Shown here: in pieces, positions 43,776 to 53,439 of the stretch
How positions within the stretch are numbered: position 1 is the first letter of the stretch
Layout: each line of letters starts with the position of its first letter
Assembly (NCBI GenBank): GCA_028277625.1
Contig: JANQFW010000056.1
Span: forward strand, 8,536-72,535
Source of the DNA: Candidatus Gastranaerophilales bacterium
Lineage (GTDB): Bacteria > Cyanobacteriota > Vampirovibrionia > Gastranaerophilales > JANQFW01
DNA: 64,000 bases
Direction: 5' to 3'
Position numbers and translations under genes: made by a program
The notes under the pieces: generated by a model
What the model was told of the DNA's origin: nothing
Database searches by the model: none
Seen by the model: the letters and a program-made list of their open reading frames with translations, nothing else

Positions 43776-45293
43776 ATTATTCATTTTGTTCGTAAAATAT
43801 TTGTTAAACCAAGGAATACCTATACCTAACATTAAGCAAGAATAAATAATACCTATTGCGCTAGCAATATTAAGCTTTTTTATATTTTTGGAAACATCAA
43901 TACCAGATTTTCTTATTTCTTCGTGAGATTTAACAGAGGTACCTGAAATAAAATGTTTAATTTTTTTGATAAAGCCGGCATTTTTAGGCAATGTTGCAGT
44001 TTGATTTAACAGTTCAAATTTGTTTTTTCTAGCCATTAAAGAAGCTGTTCCTTTTGTAACAACACCTCCCAGAACTAGCCAGTTTAAAAATCCGCTAACA
44101 TCTCTAATACTTGTTTCCCTAAGCTCATTTTGATCAGCAGATGCAGCCATTCTGCCCAGAACTGTAATTCCGAAGATAGTTTGTAATTGCTTTTGTGATA
44201 GCAGAGGGCTATTAAATTGCAGTTTAGAGCCTAGTTCTTTCAAATTATTTGGGTTGAGCATTTTAACGGAATTTTTTCCACTGATAATGCTTAATAATAA
44301 TAAGCCAAATCCACCTATACTAAGACCTTTTTGTATAGTGAGATTTCTTTTTTCTTTAGATGATAAGTTCTTATTTTCAAAACTGCAGCTCATATTTCCT
44401 ACAAAGCCTTTTTTACCGGTTCTGCATTCTGTTATATATCGGTTTGTAAATTGGGTGAAAAAACCAATGCTTGAACATAAGCTAAGCGCAATGGCAGCTT
44501 TTGCGGTGTTTGCTGTTTTAATTTCTGCCAAGCTGTTGTTTAAAAACTTTTCCTCTGAAAAACGACTTCTAGCTGCTTTTTGAAACACGTGTTTGCAGGC
44601 ATCGTGAGTATCTTTTATTAGCTTTTTAGCGCTTGTTGAGTTTTTTTCATTTTTTATACTAACTACTAGGTTTTTATCAGTTTTTAGTGCCTTTACAAGA
44701 TTTTTCTCAGCTTGTTTTAATAATATTTTTGCTTTTTTAGAATTAGACTCTTGAATAGCATCTGCTAAAAAGCCAGTGGCCTTGTTTAAATTTTCTTTTG
44801 ATGACTGATTTAGATTTCCTTTTTTGAGTCCGTAATAAGTTTTTCCATTTAATCCTTCTGTATTAGCTAGTACATTATTAACATAATTTTTAACTTTGCT
44901 TGGGCTTTCGTTGTTTGTAGATAGCCAGGCGTTTTTTAGTAATTTAAAAGAGTTTGAGTTTATCCATAAATTGTTTTTTACACCAAGAGCTAGCATTCCT
45001 ACTGTACTTGCAATTATTGATGGTAGCACTGTTACATTGAATAACCCAAAGCTTTCTCTTATCACTACTTCATTGCGTGCATCCTTGCTTCTTGTGGAAG
45101 CAATAACTGTTCTTGGAACAATCATAGAGCCTATGTCTTGAAATGCAACATTTGCGGCAAAATTGTTATTTGTCAACTCCATTGCTTTTGTTAGTACTGA
45201 CGCATTGCCAAACTTGATATCGCTTTTGCTATTTTTAGGTTTTTTTACTTTAGATATAGTTTGTTTTAAATCGTTAATTTCCATTTTGCGCAA
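43758..45293 (-). CDS. hypothetical membrane protein
   Basis: ORF track (511 aa) with several hydrophobic segments. No family was recognised. Confidence 0.6.
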   Translation of the reverse strand: MRKMEINDLKQTISKVKKPKNSKSDIKFGNASVLTKAMELTNNNFAANVAFQDIGSMIVPRTVIASTRSKDARNEVVIRESFGLFNVTVLPSIIASTVGMLALGVKNNLWINSNSFKLLKNAWLSTNNESPSKVKNYVNNVLANTEGLNGKTYYGLKKGNLNQSSKENLNKATGFLADAIQESNSKKAKILLKQAEKNLVKALKTDKNLVVSIKNEKNSTSAKKLIKDTHDACKHVFQKAARSRFSEEKFLNNSLAEIKTANTAKAAIALSLCSSIGFFTQFTNRYITECRTGKKGFVGNMSCSFENKNLSSKEKRNLTIQKGLSIGGFGLLLLSIISGKNSVKMLNPNNLKELGSKLQFNSPLLSQKQLQTIFGITVLGRMAASADQNELRETSIRDVSGFLNWLVLGGVVTKGTASLMARKNKFELLNQTATLPKNAGFIKKIKHFISGTSVKSHEEIRKSGIDVSKNIKKLNIASAIGIIYSCLMLGIGIPWFNKYFTNKMNNKSKTS

Positions 45294-45320
45294 ACCTCTA
45301 GGTGAATTATAAGGTGAATT

Positions 45321-45366
45321 TAAAATGCAAAAACCGCAAGCTGCTTTGTATGTTTTGCTTGCGGTT
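45321..45366 (-). terminator. rho-independent terminator (minus strand) upstream of 45293
   Basis: Minus strand AACCGCAAGC-loop-GCUUGCGGUU followed by UUUGCAUUUU. Confidence 0.65.
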
Positions 45367-45396
45367 GATATTTTAGCTTTTATTTAGATAGTTTTA

Positions 45397-45507
45397 CTAT
45401 TTAAACTTATTACAAAATCGCAAGCAACAAAATTGGGCGGCCTTTTGTGCGGTGGCTGCCTGTTGTTGTTGCTGTTGTGCATTAAGTTTTGAAGTAAAAC
45501 TAAGCAT
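45397..45507 (-). CDS. candidate 36-aa ORF MLSFTSKLNAQQQQQQAATAQKAAQFCCLRFCNKFK
   Basis: Hand-translated and below the ORF-track cutoff. A GC-rich patch sits in the AT-rich spacer, and a terminator hairpin lies ~30 nt downstream. The SD is weak. Confidence 0.25.
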   Translation of the reverse strand: MLSFTSKLNAQQQQQQAATAQKAAQFCCLRFCNKFK

Positions 45508-45783
45508 ATTAAATTATTTTTCTTTCTGTATTATTTTTATTAAATTAAAAATTTAGTTAAATAATAATAAAACCAAAAATTATTAAATGTCAATACTTAT
45601 TTTTATAAAATTATTTGGATAATAAATTTATAATAAATGATGCTAAAATTATAATTATTAAGATTTGTTACAATTGCCTAAAATAAATTGACAATTCGGG
45701 TTTTGTTTTTGTTAGTCTTGAATCAAGTAGGAACTTCGAAGTTTTATATGTGATTATTTTATTATTTAAGATAGAGGAAAATT

Positions 45784-46917
45784 ATGATTATTGGTGTTCC
45801 AAAAGAGGTAAAGCCAAGCGAGCAAAGAGTAGCAATTACTCCAGCTGGTGTTGAATCCCTCTCAAAGTACGGTCACACTGTGTATTTAGAAAAAAATGCA
45901 GGCGATGGAAGTGGATTTAGTGATGAAGATTTTATTAATGCTGGTGCAGTTATATTAAATACTGCAAAAGAAGTCTTTAAAAACTCAGAAACAATATTAA
46001 AAGTTAAAGAACCACTACCTCAAGAATTTGACCTTATCCAAGAAAAACAGACCATATTTACCTACCTTCACCTTGCTCCAGAGCCAGAACTTACCCAAGT
46101 TCTATTAGATAAAAAAGTTACCGGAATAGCTTATGAAACTGTGCAGTTAAAAGATGGTTCACTGCCATTACTTACCCCTATGAGCGAAATAGCAGGAAGA
46201 ATGTCTATTCAAATAGGTGCAAGATTGCTTGAAAAGCCCTATGGAGGCAAAGGCGTATTAATAGGTGGTGTGCCTGGTACCTTGCCAGGAAAGGTAGTTA
46301 TCGTAGGAGGCGGTATTGTTGGTACAAATGCTACCAAAATAGCACTGGGTATGGGAGCTGATGTTGTTGTACTAGATGTAAGCTTGGAGCGTTTAAGATA
46401 CTTAAATGACATTTATGAAGGCAGACTTAAGACCTTAATGTCGAATCCTTATAACATTAGAGAAGAGCTTAAAACGACTGACTTATTAATTGGTGCGGTT
46501 TTAATTCCCGGGGCTAGAGCTCCTAAACTGATTTCTGAAGATATGGTTAAATTAATGCAGCCAGGATCTGTAATTGTTGATGTGGCAATTGACCAGGGCG
46601 GATCTATTGAGACTATTGATAGAGTAACTACTCATGCGAATCCAACCTATCAAAAGCATGGTGTTGTACACTATTCTGTAGCTAATATGCCTGGTGTTGT
46701 ATCGCGTACGTCTACTTTTGCGCTCACAAATGCAACAATGCCTTATATTATGGCTATAGCTAACAAAGGTTATATGAAGGCCATACAGGATGATGAAGCT
46801 TTAGCTAAAGGTGTGAATACATTTGACGGGTATGTAACACATAAATGCGTTGCAGAATCTTTAAATTTAGAATTTAAGAGCCTAGGTGACATTCTTTTTT
46901 CATTTATGAGGCATTAA
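45784..46917 (+). CDS. ald: alanine dehydrogenase
   Basis: MIIGVPKEVKPSEQRVAITPAGV...GGVPGTLPGKVVIVGGGIVGTNA...VDVAIDQGG matches Ald over its full length. Confidence 0.9.
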   Translation: MIIGVPKEVKPSEQRVAITPAGVESLSKYGHTVYLEKNAGDGSGFSDEDFINAGAVILNTAKEVFKNSETILKVKEPLPQEFDLIQEKQTIFTYLHLAPEPELTQVLLDKKVTGIAYETVQLKDGSLPLLTPMSEIAGRMSIQIGARLLEKPYGGKGVLIGGVPGTLPGKVVIVGGGIVGTNATKIALGMGADVVVLDVSLERLRYLNDIYEGRLKTLMSNPYNIREELKTTDLLIGAVLIPGARAPKLISEDMVKLMQPGSVIVDVAIDQGGSIETIDRVTTHANPTYQKHGVVHYSVANMPGVVSRTSTFALTNATMPYIMAIANKGYMKAIQDDEALAKGVNTFDGYVTHKCVAESLNLEFKSLGDILFSFMRH

Positions 46918-46933
46918 AAAAATATAATAGTCC

Positions 46934-46962
46934 AAAAAGCCCCTATTACCAGGGGCTTTAAA
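46934..46962. terminator. convergent hairpin between ald and the pilin gene
   Basis: AGCCCCT-ATTACC-AGGGGCT is flanked by A-runs and T-runs. Confidence 0.65.
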
Positions 46963-46986
46963 AATTTAAAGTTTTTAATCCCACAG

Positions 46987-47382
46987 CTATTCTCCCATCA
47001 GGGAAATTCTCTTTGTAATTAACTTTTTGCCGTTGACTTCGCCATATCCGTTTATATCAATAGATGTTTCACCCAGAACAACAACAATAGAACCTCGCTC
47101 TTGTCCGGTGCTCACATATGCAGGCTTATCTGTGTCATAAGGGTTTTTACTGTCTTCGTTTAGGTTCTGGATTAATTCTTCAATTATATCTGAATAATCA
47201 CCTGCTTTGCTAAACAACAAATTTGAATAAAGACTGGTTTCTACTGTTCTTGCATTAGCTTTTACAATGCTATTTTTGGTACGGACTGTAGAATTCAATA
47301 TAGGCGGTATTGATATTAGAGCCAGAACTCCGATTATAATCATTGCGACTAAAAGCTCAAGCACTGTATAACCTTTTCTCAT
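46987..47382 (-). CDS. type IV pilin-like protein (prepilin N-terminus)
   Basis: MRKG|YTVLELLVAMIIIGVLALISIPP. Confidence 0.8.
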   Translation of the reverse strand: MRKGYTVLELLVAMIIIGVLALISIPPILNSTVRTKNSIVKANARTVETSLYSNLLFSKAGDYSDIIEELIQNLNEDSKNPYDTDKPAYVSTGQERGSIVVVLGETSIDINGYGEVNGKKLITKRISLMGE

Positions 47383-47492
47383 ATAAATATCCTTAGTTTA
47401 GCAGTATGCAGTATTAAGTAATTAAAGTAATAATATACTATTATATACAGAATGAAATATAAAATTTCTCTTTTATTTTGTTGTATATATAT

Positions 47493-47532
47493 ATTAAAAC
47501 CGTAGGCGGTAGATTAATTTCTACCACCTACG
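47493..47532 (-). terminator. rho-independent terminator of pilin 47619..48056
   Basis: Minus strand CGUAGGUGGUAG-loop-CUACCGCCUACG followed by GUUUUAAU. Confidence 0.65.
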
Positions 47533-47618
47533 ATTACTTAATAAAAAGTTAATATTTTATTATACTGCTAATCAATCAAATTTTAGATTACTCTTTTAAA
47601 CACAGGGGATTTTTTCTA

Positions 47619-48056
47619 TTAATTGCCACTAGCTATACTAGAGCCTTTAATTACCTTAGTTATAGTACTGCTACCATCTACTTTGCACCCAACTATACTT
47701 ATAGCATCATCGCCATTTGAAGTAGTTGCCTGTATATAAACCTTGCCCTTGGTAGATTGTGAGCAGGCTGCTGCACCATCAACAAAAGGAGTTGTATCAT
47801 CTTGGTTAACAGGATTTATATTTGTTCCGTTATTTAAATCATCAACAACATTAGTTACCATTGTTGAGTATGATTGAGAGTTATCTAGTGCAAATTGACC
47901 TGAGATTGAAGATGAAGCAGCATTTACGTTCCCAGCTATTGTTGAGTCTTTAGCTTTGTCAACTGTATTTAATAATGTAGGGACAGCGATTAAGGCTAGT
48001 ACCCCCAGCATAACAACAACTATCAAGAGCTCAAGCAAAGTAAAACCTTTTTTCAT
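47619..48056 (-). CDS. type IV pilin (major-pilin-like)
   Basis: MKKG|FTLLELLIVVVMLGVLALIAVPTLL, with a C-terminal Cys pair (AACSQ...VGCK). Confidence 0.85.
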   Translation of the reverse strand: MKKGFTLLELLIVVVMLGVLALIAVPTLLNTVDKAKDSTIAGNVNAASSSISGQFALDNSQSYSTMVTNVVDDLNNGTNINPVNQDDTTPFVDGAAACSQSTKGKVYIQATTSNGDDAISIVGCKVDGSSTITKVIKGSSIASGN

Positions 48057-48069
48057 CTATTGCCCTTTA

Positions 48070-48105
48070 TGTTATAAAGGCAGTAGATTGGTTACTACTG
48101 CCTTT
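48070..48105 (-). terminator. hairpin after pilin 48145..48561
   Basis: AAAGGCAGTAG-loop-CTACTGCCTTT, with only a short U-run. Confidence 0.4.
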
Positions 48106-48144
48106 ATTATCTTAAATTTTAACCAACTTGTTTTGCATTAGGTA

Positions 48145-48561
48145 CTATGTACTACTTGCTACACTAGGATCTTGAATTGTTTTTGTAATTACTGCAGTAC
48201 CGTCAATTCCGCAACCGGTAATTGTAATACTGTCAGAATCAGATGTAAGGATAACTTGACCTTTAACTGAAGATGAACATGTTCCACTTGAAGCAAAAGC
48301 ATCTACAGCATCATCAATTGGGTTAGTGTTAGTATCGTTTAAGTCACTAACTACGTTAGTAATCATAGTACTATAAGTTTGGCTGCTATCTAAGGCAAAC
48401 TGACTGGTAACAGAAGTAGCTGCTGCGCTAACGTTACCTTGAACCGCTGCATCTTTAGCTTTGTCAGCTGCGTTTAATAATGTTGGAGCTGCTATCAAAG
48501 CTAACACGCCTAAAATTACTACTACAATTAATAATTCTAGTAATGTAAAACCTTTTCTCAT
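48145..48561 (-). CDS. type IV pilin (major-pilin-like), paralog of 47619..48056
   Basis: MRKG|FTLLELLIVVVILGVLALIAAPTLL, with a C-terminal Cys pair (GTCSS...TGCG). Confidence 0.85.
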   Translation of the reverse strand: MRKGFTLLELLIVVVILGVLALIAAPTLLNAADKAKDAAVQGNVSAAATSVTSQFALDSSQTYSTMITNVVSDLNDTNTNPIDDAVDAFASSGTCSSSVKGQVILTSDSDSITITGCGIDGTAVITKTIQDPSVASST

Positions 48562-49185
48562 GAGGACCTACCTTTCTGAAACAAATAATCTTAATACTAT
48601 ACAACCTAAAATAATAAATAAACTATTAGAAAACAAATAAAATTAAAACTGTTTTCTATATGAATCCTTTCAACTTAATCTCCTATTTGTGTTTGGATTT
48701 TAATATACTTCCTTCTTTAGATTAACTTTATATTATAATATCACCTCCTTATTTTTTTAATTACATACAGATGGGGGATGAAAATTTGTAAAAAAGTTTA
48801 TTTCTCAGGGCAGAGTGTATATTTATTATATACACAAGATTTCAAATTTTAAAGTGTTTATTAAGATTTATTAAAATAAAAAATTCAATTCCGAAAAACG
48901 GAAAAATATTTACAACTCTAGAATCACATTAAGACAAGGCTTTTAGGATTTGTACTGATTTTTTTAAAATAAATTATTGATTATTTATTCATATATTATT
49001 CTAAAAATAAATTACCCTATAGTCTATAAAAATTTATAGATGTATGGATAAGCGCTAAGCAAACAAAATATTTTTATTCTTCAATTAATGAATACTATAG
49101 GAATTGGCTATAATCCGTACAACAAAATAAATACTAAAAAACAAAATAATTTAAATGAAAGGTTTACACAAAACTTGTTACGGAA

Positions 49186-51546
49186 TCACCTACTAATAAA
49201 TTCTTTACCTTCTGATGTTAGCTTATATTCGGTGTATTCAGCAGTACCACTAATATCAGGCACTAGCTCGATAAGATTCATGCTTAGCGCATCGTGCAAA
49301 ACAGAGTGATCGATTTTAGATTTTATTGACGTAGGAGAAATTGTATTAATGTCTTTTATTGAAAATTTGTCTTTTTTCTCTTTTTCATTTAAGAAAAATG
49401 CTATTAAAACAAGATTTTCTACAGGGTTTTCCGGCTTAAATTGACTTAAAAGTTCTGGTAGTGTGTCAAATTTAAGCGGTAGCTTTGGTTCTTTTGATTT
49501 TTCTTTAATGTCGTTATCTTGATCCTCTTCTATAGGCTCAAAGGTTTCTTTTTTGGAGTGTGAGTCGGTGTTATCAGCTGTATAAATACCTTTATTTAGG
49601 GTTTTGGTTTCTAATTTTTCTTTAACCTGTTCAGGGGCAACTTTTTGCTCTGTTGGTGGTTCGGGCTCAACAGGGTTATTTGCAGTATTTGGTGTGTTTA
49701 TTTGATTTGTATTTTGAACCTTTTCTTGAGCAAACTCTTGAATTAGATTTTCCAATTTTTCATCAGGGTTAACTTTATCTACTCCTTCTGCAAACTTTTT
49801 TTGCAGTATTTGATGAAATTTATCATTTTTTAGTTTACCACTTGCTATTTTTTTTATGTCTTTATCTTCTTTTACAAGGTCTTTATAAAGTTTTTTTTGG
49901 TCCTTAGTTAATTTTGTATCGGGGTTAACCTTTTTAAAAGGAGATTTTACAAGGCTTTTAAACTTATCAACTACGTTGTCCTTTTTTTCCTTGTTGTCCT
50001 TGTCTTGGTTTTGCTGTTTTTGAAGTTTTTTTTTAGGAGTTTCTTTACTCTCCTTTTCTTCTTTTTTAGTATCTTTATCCGCATCCGTAGTATTTGATTT
50101 TAAAGTTCTTGGTGGCTTTGCGGCAAGTCTTTTTGCTCTTGGGGTTTTACTTGTAACCCTTGGTTTTCTTGTTTTAGGCTTTTCTTCTGCTTCAGGTGTA
50201 TCTGCCTTCGTCTCTTCAACTGTTTCTTTTGTGTCTTTTGCAGGTTCTGTAACTTTTGCTTCTTGAACTTCTTCTACTGCTTCGAGGGCAGCTGATTTGG
50301 CTTCTTCAACTTCAATAGCTTCTATTTCTTCAGCTTCTGTTTTATCTTTGGAGGTTACTTTGGATTCTTCTATTTCTTCCTGAACTTCTTCTACTGCCTC
50401 GAGGGCAGCTGATTTGGTTTCTTCAACTTCAATAGCTTCTATTTCTTCAGCTTCTGTTTTGTCTTTGGAGGTTGCTTTGGATTCTTCTATTTCTTCCTGA
50501 GATTTTTCTAATGCTTCGGGCTCGGTTGACTTGATTTTTTCAACCGGCTCTTCTTCAATTATTTTTGCTTGAACAGGCCTTTCTTCCATGACTTCGGTCT
50601 CTACAGCTTCAACAACTTCAATATTTTCTTCTTCTTCGATGTCAGAACTGTCTATTTCTACAGTAATAGACTCGTAGTCATCATCTTCAATTTCGTCAAC
50701 TTCTTCTAATTCAATATAATCATCAGAATCTTCTATGCTAATTTCTTCTTGTTGAATATTTTTTGCTAATTGCGGCTTAGTTTGTTTATTTTCTTCAGCC
50801 GGCTCTTCAATAACTTCTTCTTCCTGAGGTTTTTCTGCTATTTCAGGCTCAGTTGGTTTAGTTTCTTCAACAGGCTCTTTTGCAGCTTCGATGATTTCTT
50901 TTTTAGCTTCTTCAACAATACTTTGATGAATATCTTCTGCTATTTCAGGCTCAGTTGGTTTGATTTCTTCAGCTGGCTCTTCAGTAGTCTCAATAACTTC
51001 TTTTTCCTGAGGTTCTTCTGTTATTTTAGGCTCAGTTGGTTTGATTTCTTCAGCTGGCTCTTTTGCAGCTTCGATGATTTCTTTTTTAGCTTCTTCAACA
51101 ATACTTTGATGAATATCTTCTGCTATTTCAGGCTCGGTTGATTTAGTTTCTTCAACCGGCTCTTTTGCGGCTTCGATGATTTCTTTTTTAGCCTCTTCAA
51201 CAATACTTTGATGAATATCTTCTGTTATTTCAGGCTTAGTTGGTTTATTTTCTTCAACAGGTTCTTCAGTAGCTTCAATAACTTCTTCTTGCTGAGGTTC
51301 TTCTGCTAGTTCAGGCGCAGCCGGTTTAGTTTCTTCAATTGGTTCGTCAGTAGTTGACTTTGGCAGTTCTTTTTGTTTAGCTGATTGAATTTGTATGTTA
51401 AAACTAGAGTCAGTACTTGACTCTTGACTAGAATCTGCAATCTCCTTAATCCATTTGTCTGCAATTCGGCAAACAAACGAAAAATCGGATGTTTTTAATT
51501 CTATGTCTATATCATCTTTCTTAAAACTAAAAATATAATACGACAA
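49186..51546 (-). CDS. acidic Glu/Lys/Pro tandem-repeat protein with small globular N- and C-terminal domains (TTG start)
   Basis: ORF track. The start codon is TTG, with GGAAGGA upstream. Repeats are EP(V/A)EE.K.TEPEIAEDIHQSIVEEAKKEIIEAAK and 39-aa EEIEESK.TSKDKTEAEEIEAIEVEE.KSAALEAVEEVQ units. Confidence 0.8.
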   Translation of the reverse strand: MSYYIFSFKKDDIDIELKTSDFSFVCRIADKWIKEIADSSQESSTDSSFNIQIQSAKQKELPKSTTDEPIEETKPAAPELAEEPQQEEVIEATEEPVEENKPTKPEITEDIHQSIVEEAKKEIIEAAKEPVEETKSTEPEIAEDIHQSIVEEAKKEIIEAAKEPAEEIKPTEPKITEEPQEKEVIETTEEPAEEIKPTEPEIAEDIHQSIVEEAKKEIIEAAKEPVEETKPTEPEIAEKPQEEEVIEEPAEENKQTKPQLAKNIQQEEISIEDSDDYIELEEVDEIEDDDYESITVEIDSSDIEEEENIEVVEAVETEVMEERPVQAKIIEEEPVEKIKSTEPEALEKSQEEIEESKATSKDKTEAEEIEAIEVEETKSAALEAVEEVQEEIEESKVTSKDKTEAEEIEAIEVEEAKSAALEAVEEVQEAKVTEPAKDTKETVEETKADTPEAEEKPKTRKPRVTSKTPRAKRLAAKPPRTLKSNTTDADKDTKKEEKESKETPKKKLQKQQNQDKDNKEKKDNVVDKFKSLVKSPFKKVNPDTKLTKDQKKLYKDLVKEDKDIKKIASGKLKNDKFHQILQKKFAEGVDKVNPDEKLENLIQEFAQEKVQNTNQINTPNTANNPVEPEPPTEQKVAPEQVKEKLETKTLNKGIYTADNTDSHSKKETFEPIEEDQDNDIKEKSKEPKLPLKFDTLPELLSQFKPENPVENLVLIAFFLNEKEKKDKFSIKDINTISPTSIKSKIDHSVLHDALSMNLIELVPDISGTAEYTEYKLTSEGKEFISR
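50268..50501 (-). repeat. two near-identical 117-nt tandem units inside 49186..51546
   Basis: CTTCTTCTACTGC(T/C)TCGAGGGCAGCTGATTTGG... is repeated back to back. Confidence 0.8.
50773..51345 (-). repeat. array of ~80-105-nt imperfect tandem units inside 49186..51546
   Basis: It encodes aa ~68-258. Three long and three short variants of the EP.EE.KPTEPEI unit were counted. Confidence 0.75.
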
Positions 51547-51716
51547 GATTACATCCTTCCTTTACTACTCTAATCATCCAGCTATCGTAAATCACTAGGT
51601 GACACTCATCACCCTTATTGTATAAGAACTATAAGCACCGATATAGTTTAAGCTTGATTATTAATATCAGCACTAGATACACCACTACTAAAATATTTGA
51701 AAAATTGGTTTATAAT

Positions 51717-51842
51717 TTATTTGGACTGCTCTAATATAGCTTCTCTCCATTTGTCCATTTGATCCTCGATAAATTTAGAATCATCAGATTTTAACTCGAT
51801 CTCGATATCACCTTTTTTCATTTTAAATACATACTCGCTCAT
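51717..51842 (-). CDS. 41-aa ORF, paralog of the N-terminal domain of 49186..51546
   Basis: Hand-translated as MSEYVFKMKKGDIEIELKSDDSKFIEDQMDKWREAILEQSK. A GGGAGGA SD lies 7 nt upstream. It aligns with MSYYIFSFKKDDIDIELKTSDFSFVCRIADKWIKEIADSSQ (about half the positions identical). Confidence 0.6.
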   Translation of the reverse strand: MSEYVFKMKKGDIEIELKSDDSKFIEDQMDKWREAILEQSK

Positions 51843-52096
51843 TCGTGATCCTCCCTTTTGATTATATATTATGTCTATACTATATTATAAAATAAAATTT
51901 CAAATATCTTCAATAAATAAAAGAATAAACTGTTTAATTTTACACTTATTTACATAATTAGATGTTTTTTCTTTTCAAAGAATTATTAAATATACCAGTT
52001 CTAAAATGTTTTTCAGACTATCAAATAAAAAATAAATAACCCTACTCTTACTATTTATTATAATAATATTATAATAAAAGAAAAGAAAGGAAGAAC

Positions 52097-53398
52097 ATGA
52101 ATATACAAGAATTGAAATCTAAATATAGGTTAATAAAAACTTTTATTGACTTGGCCGAAATACCATCACCTTCATTAAAAGAAGATAAAGTTGCTGATAA
52201 AATAATTGAGATATTAAAGAAACTAAATGTTGTTGCTCAAAAGGATTCATATGGAAATGTAATAGCGAGGCTCACTGCTACAAAAGGATATGAAAATGTG
52301 CCATCATTATTATTGTCTGCTCATATGGATGTAGTAGGGGATTCTTCGCCATTAAATATCAGCTTATCAGCCAATAAAAAATATATTGAAACAGATAAAA
52401 CAAGATCATTGGGTAGTGATGATAAAGCAGGTGCCGCTGCAATGATTGATCTAACCGCTGATTTGATAAGCAATCCTGAACTTAACCATGGTCCTTTGGA
52501 ATTACTCTTTACTCGCGATGAAGAGACCGGAATGACCGGGATAAGAAATGTAAATTATGCAGAAATAGAGTCAAAATATGCATTGATTGTAGATGGAGAT
52601 AACTTAGGGCAGCATTTTACCGAAGGCGCAGGCTTTACTAATGTCTATGTATCTGTTGTTGATGGCATCGGAGGGCACTCCGGTATAAATATACATGATA
52701 AAAACAGAGTAAACGCTATTAAGGTCTTGTCTGAGGTGGATTGTTTAATTCCTCAAGGAGTTTATAAGCAACATCCAACCAAGGGCGTTATAACTTCAAT
52801 AAATGCCGGGGTTGCAATTGGTGGTACTGCTAATACGTATATATCAGAAATTATTAATGAAATATATGAACTTGGAGAAAACCAAAAAGGTGTACCGGAT
52901 AAATTTAAAACTAAAAATATTCTAAAAACAATATCTAGGGAGGCAGGGCTTAACAGTATTAACCCATGCGCTTATCAGGCTTATTCAATCAGAAGTTCTG
53001 ACCCTGAAAATGAGCAAGAGCTTATTGATTTTATTCTTGATAAAGTTGAAGAAGTTAATAATAAATATCAAAATAAAATAAAAATAATTGCAGAGAAAAA
53101 ACCGCACTTGCCTGCATTTGTGAATAAATCTAATAATATATTGAGTCAAGCAATCATACAGTCAAGTAAAGATCATAATTTGCCAACTGAGCCTGCATCT
53201 ATACATGCCGGTACTGAAGCGCATGTGTTAGCTAATTGTCAAAATAAATACGGAGAAACTTTTAATCCAATAATTATTGGAGTGGCTGACCTTGAAAATA
53301 TACACTCAAGTGATGAACAATTAGATTGGCAAAGTTTTTTAGTAGGCAAAAAATGGCTAAACGATATTATTATTAATTTTGCACAAAAGCATAAATAG
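52097..53398 (+). CDS. M20-family metallopeptidase (PepD/PepT-like)
   Basis: SAHMDVV, GSDDKAGAAAM and HGPLELLFTRDEETGMTG are the M20 metal-ligand and catalytic motifs. Confidence 0.75.
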   Translation: MNIQELKSKYRLIKTFIDLAEIPSPSLKEDKVADKIIEILKKLNVVAQKDSYGNVIARLTATKGYENVPSLLLSAHMDVVGDSSPLNISLSANKKYIETDKTRSLGSDDKAGAAAMIDLTADLISNPELNHGPLELLFTRDEETGMTGIRNVNYAEIESKYALIVDGDNLGQHFTEGAGFTNVYVSVVDGIGGHSGINIHDKNRVNAIKVLSEVDCLIPQGVYKQHPTKGVITSINAGVAIGGTANTYISEIINEIYELGENQKGVPDKFKTKNILKTISREAGLNSINPCAYQAYSIRSSDPENEQELIDFILDKVEEVNNKYQNKIKIIAEKKPHLPAFVNKSNNILSQAIIQSSKDHNLPTEPASIHAGTEAHVLANCQNKYGETFNPIIIGVADLENIHSSDEQLDWQSFLVGKKWLNDIIINFAQKHK

Positions 53399-53439
53399 AA
53401 TATTTTATTAAGTTGCTTTAATTGATGAGGATCATAAAA

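Noticed and set aside
48741-48750. A strong minus-strand SD-like AAGGAGGTGA in the spacer upstream of the first pilin gene
   Set aside because: No ATG, GTG or TTG at a suitable distance opens an ORF longer than a few codons. It may be part of the pilin mRNA leader structure, but I cannot support a gene.
49088-49309. A 73-aa plus-strand ORF overlapping the 3' end of the acidic repeat protein gene, and 50770..51141 antisense to its repeats
   Set aside because: It has no SD. It overlaps a long, well-supported ORF, and the repeat antisense frames stay open for compositional reasons.
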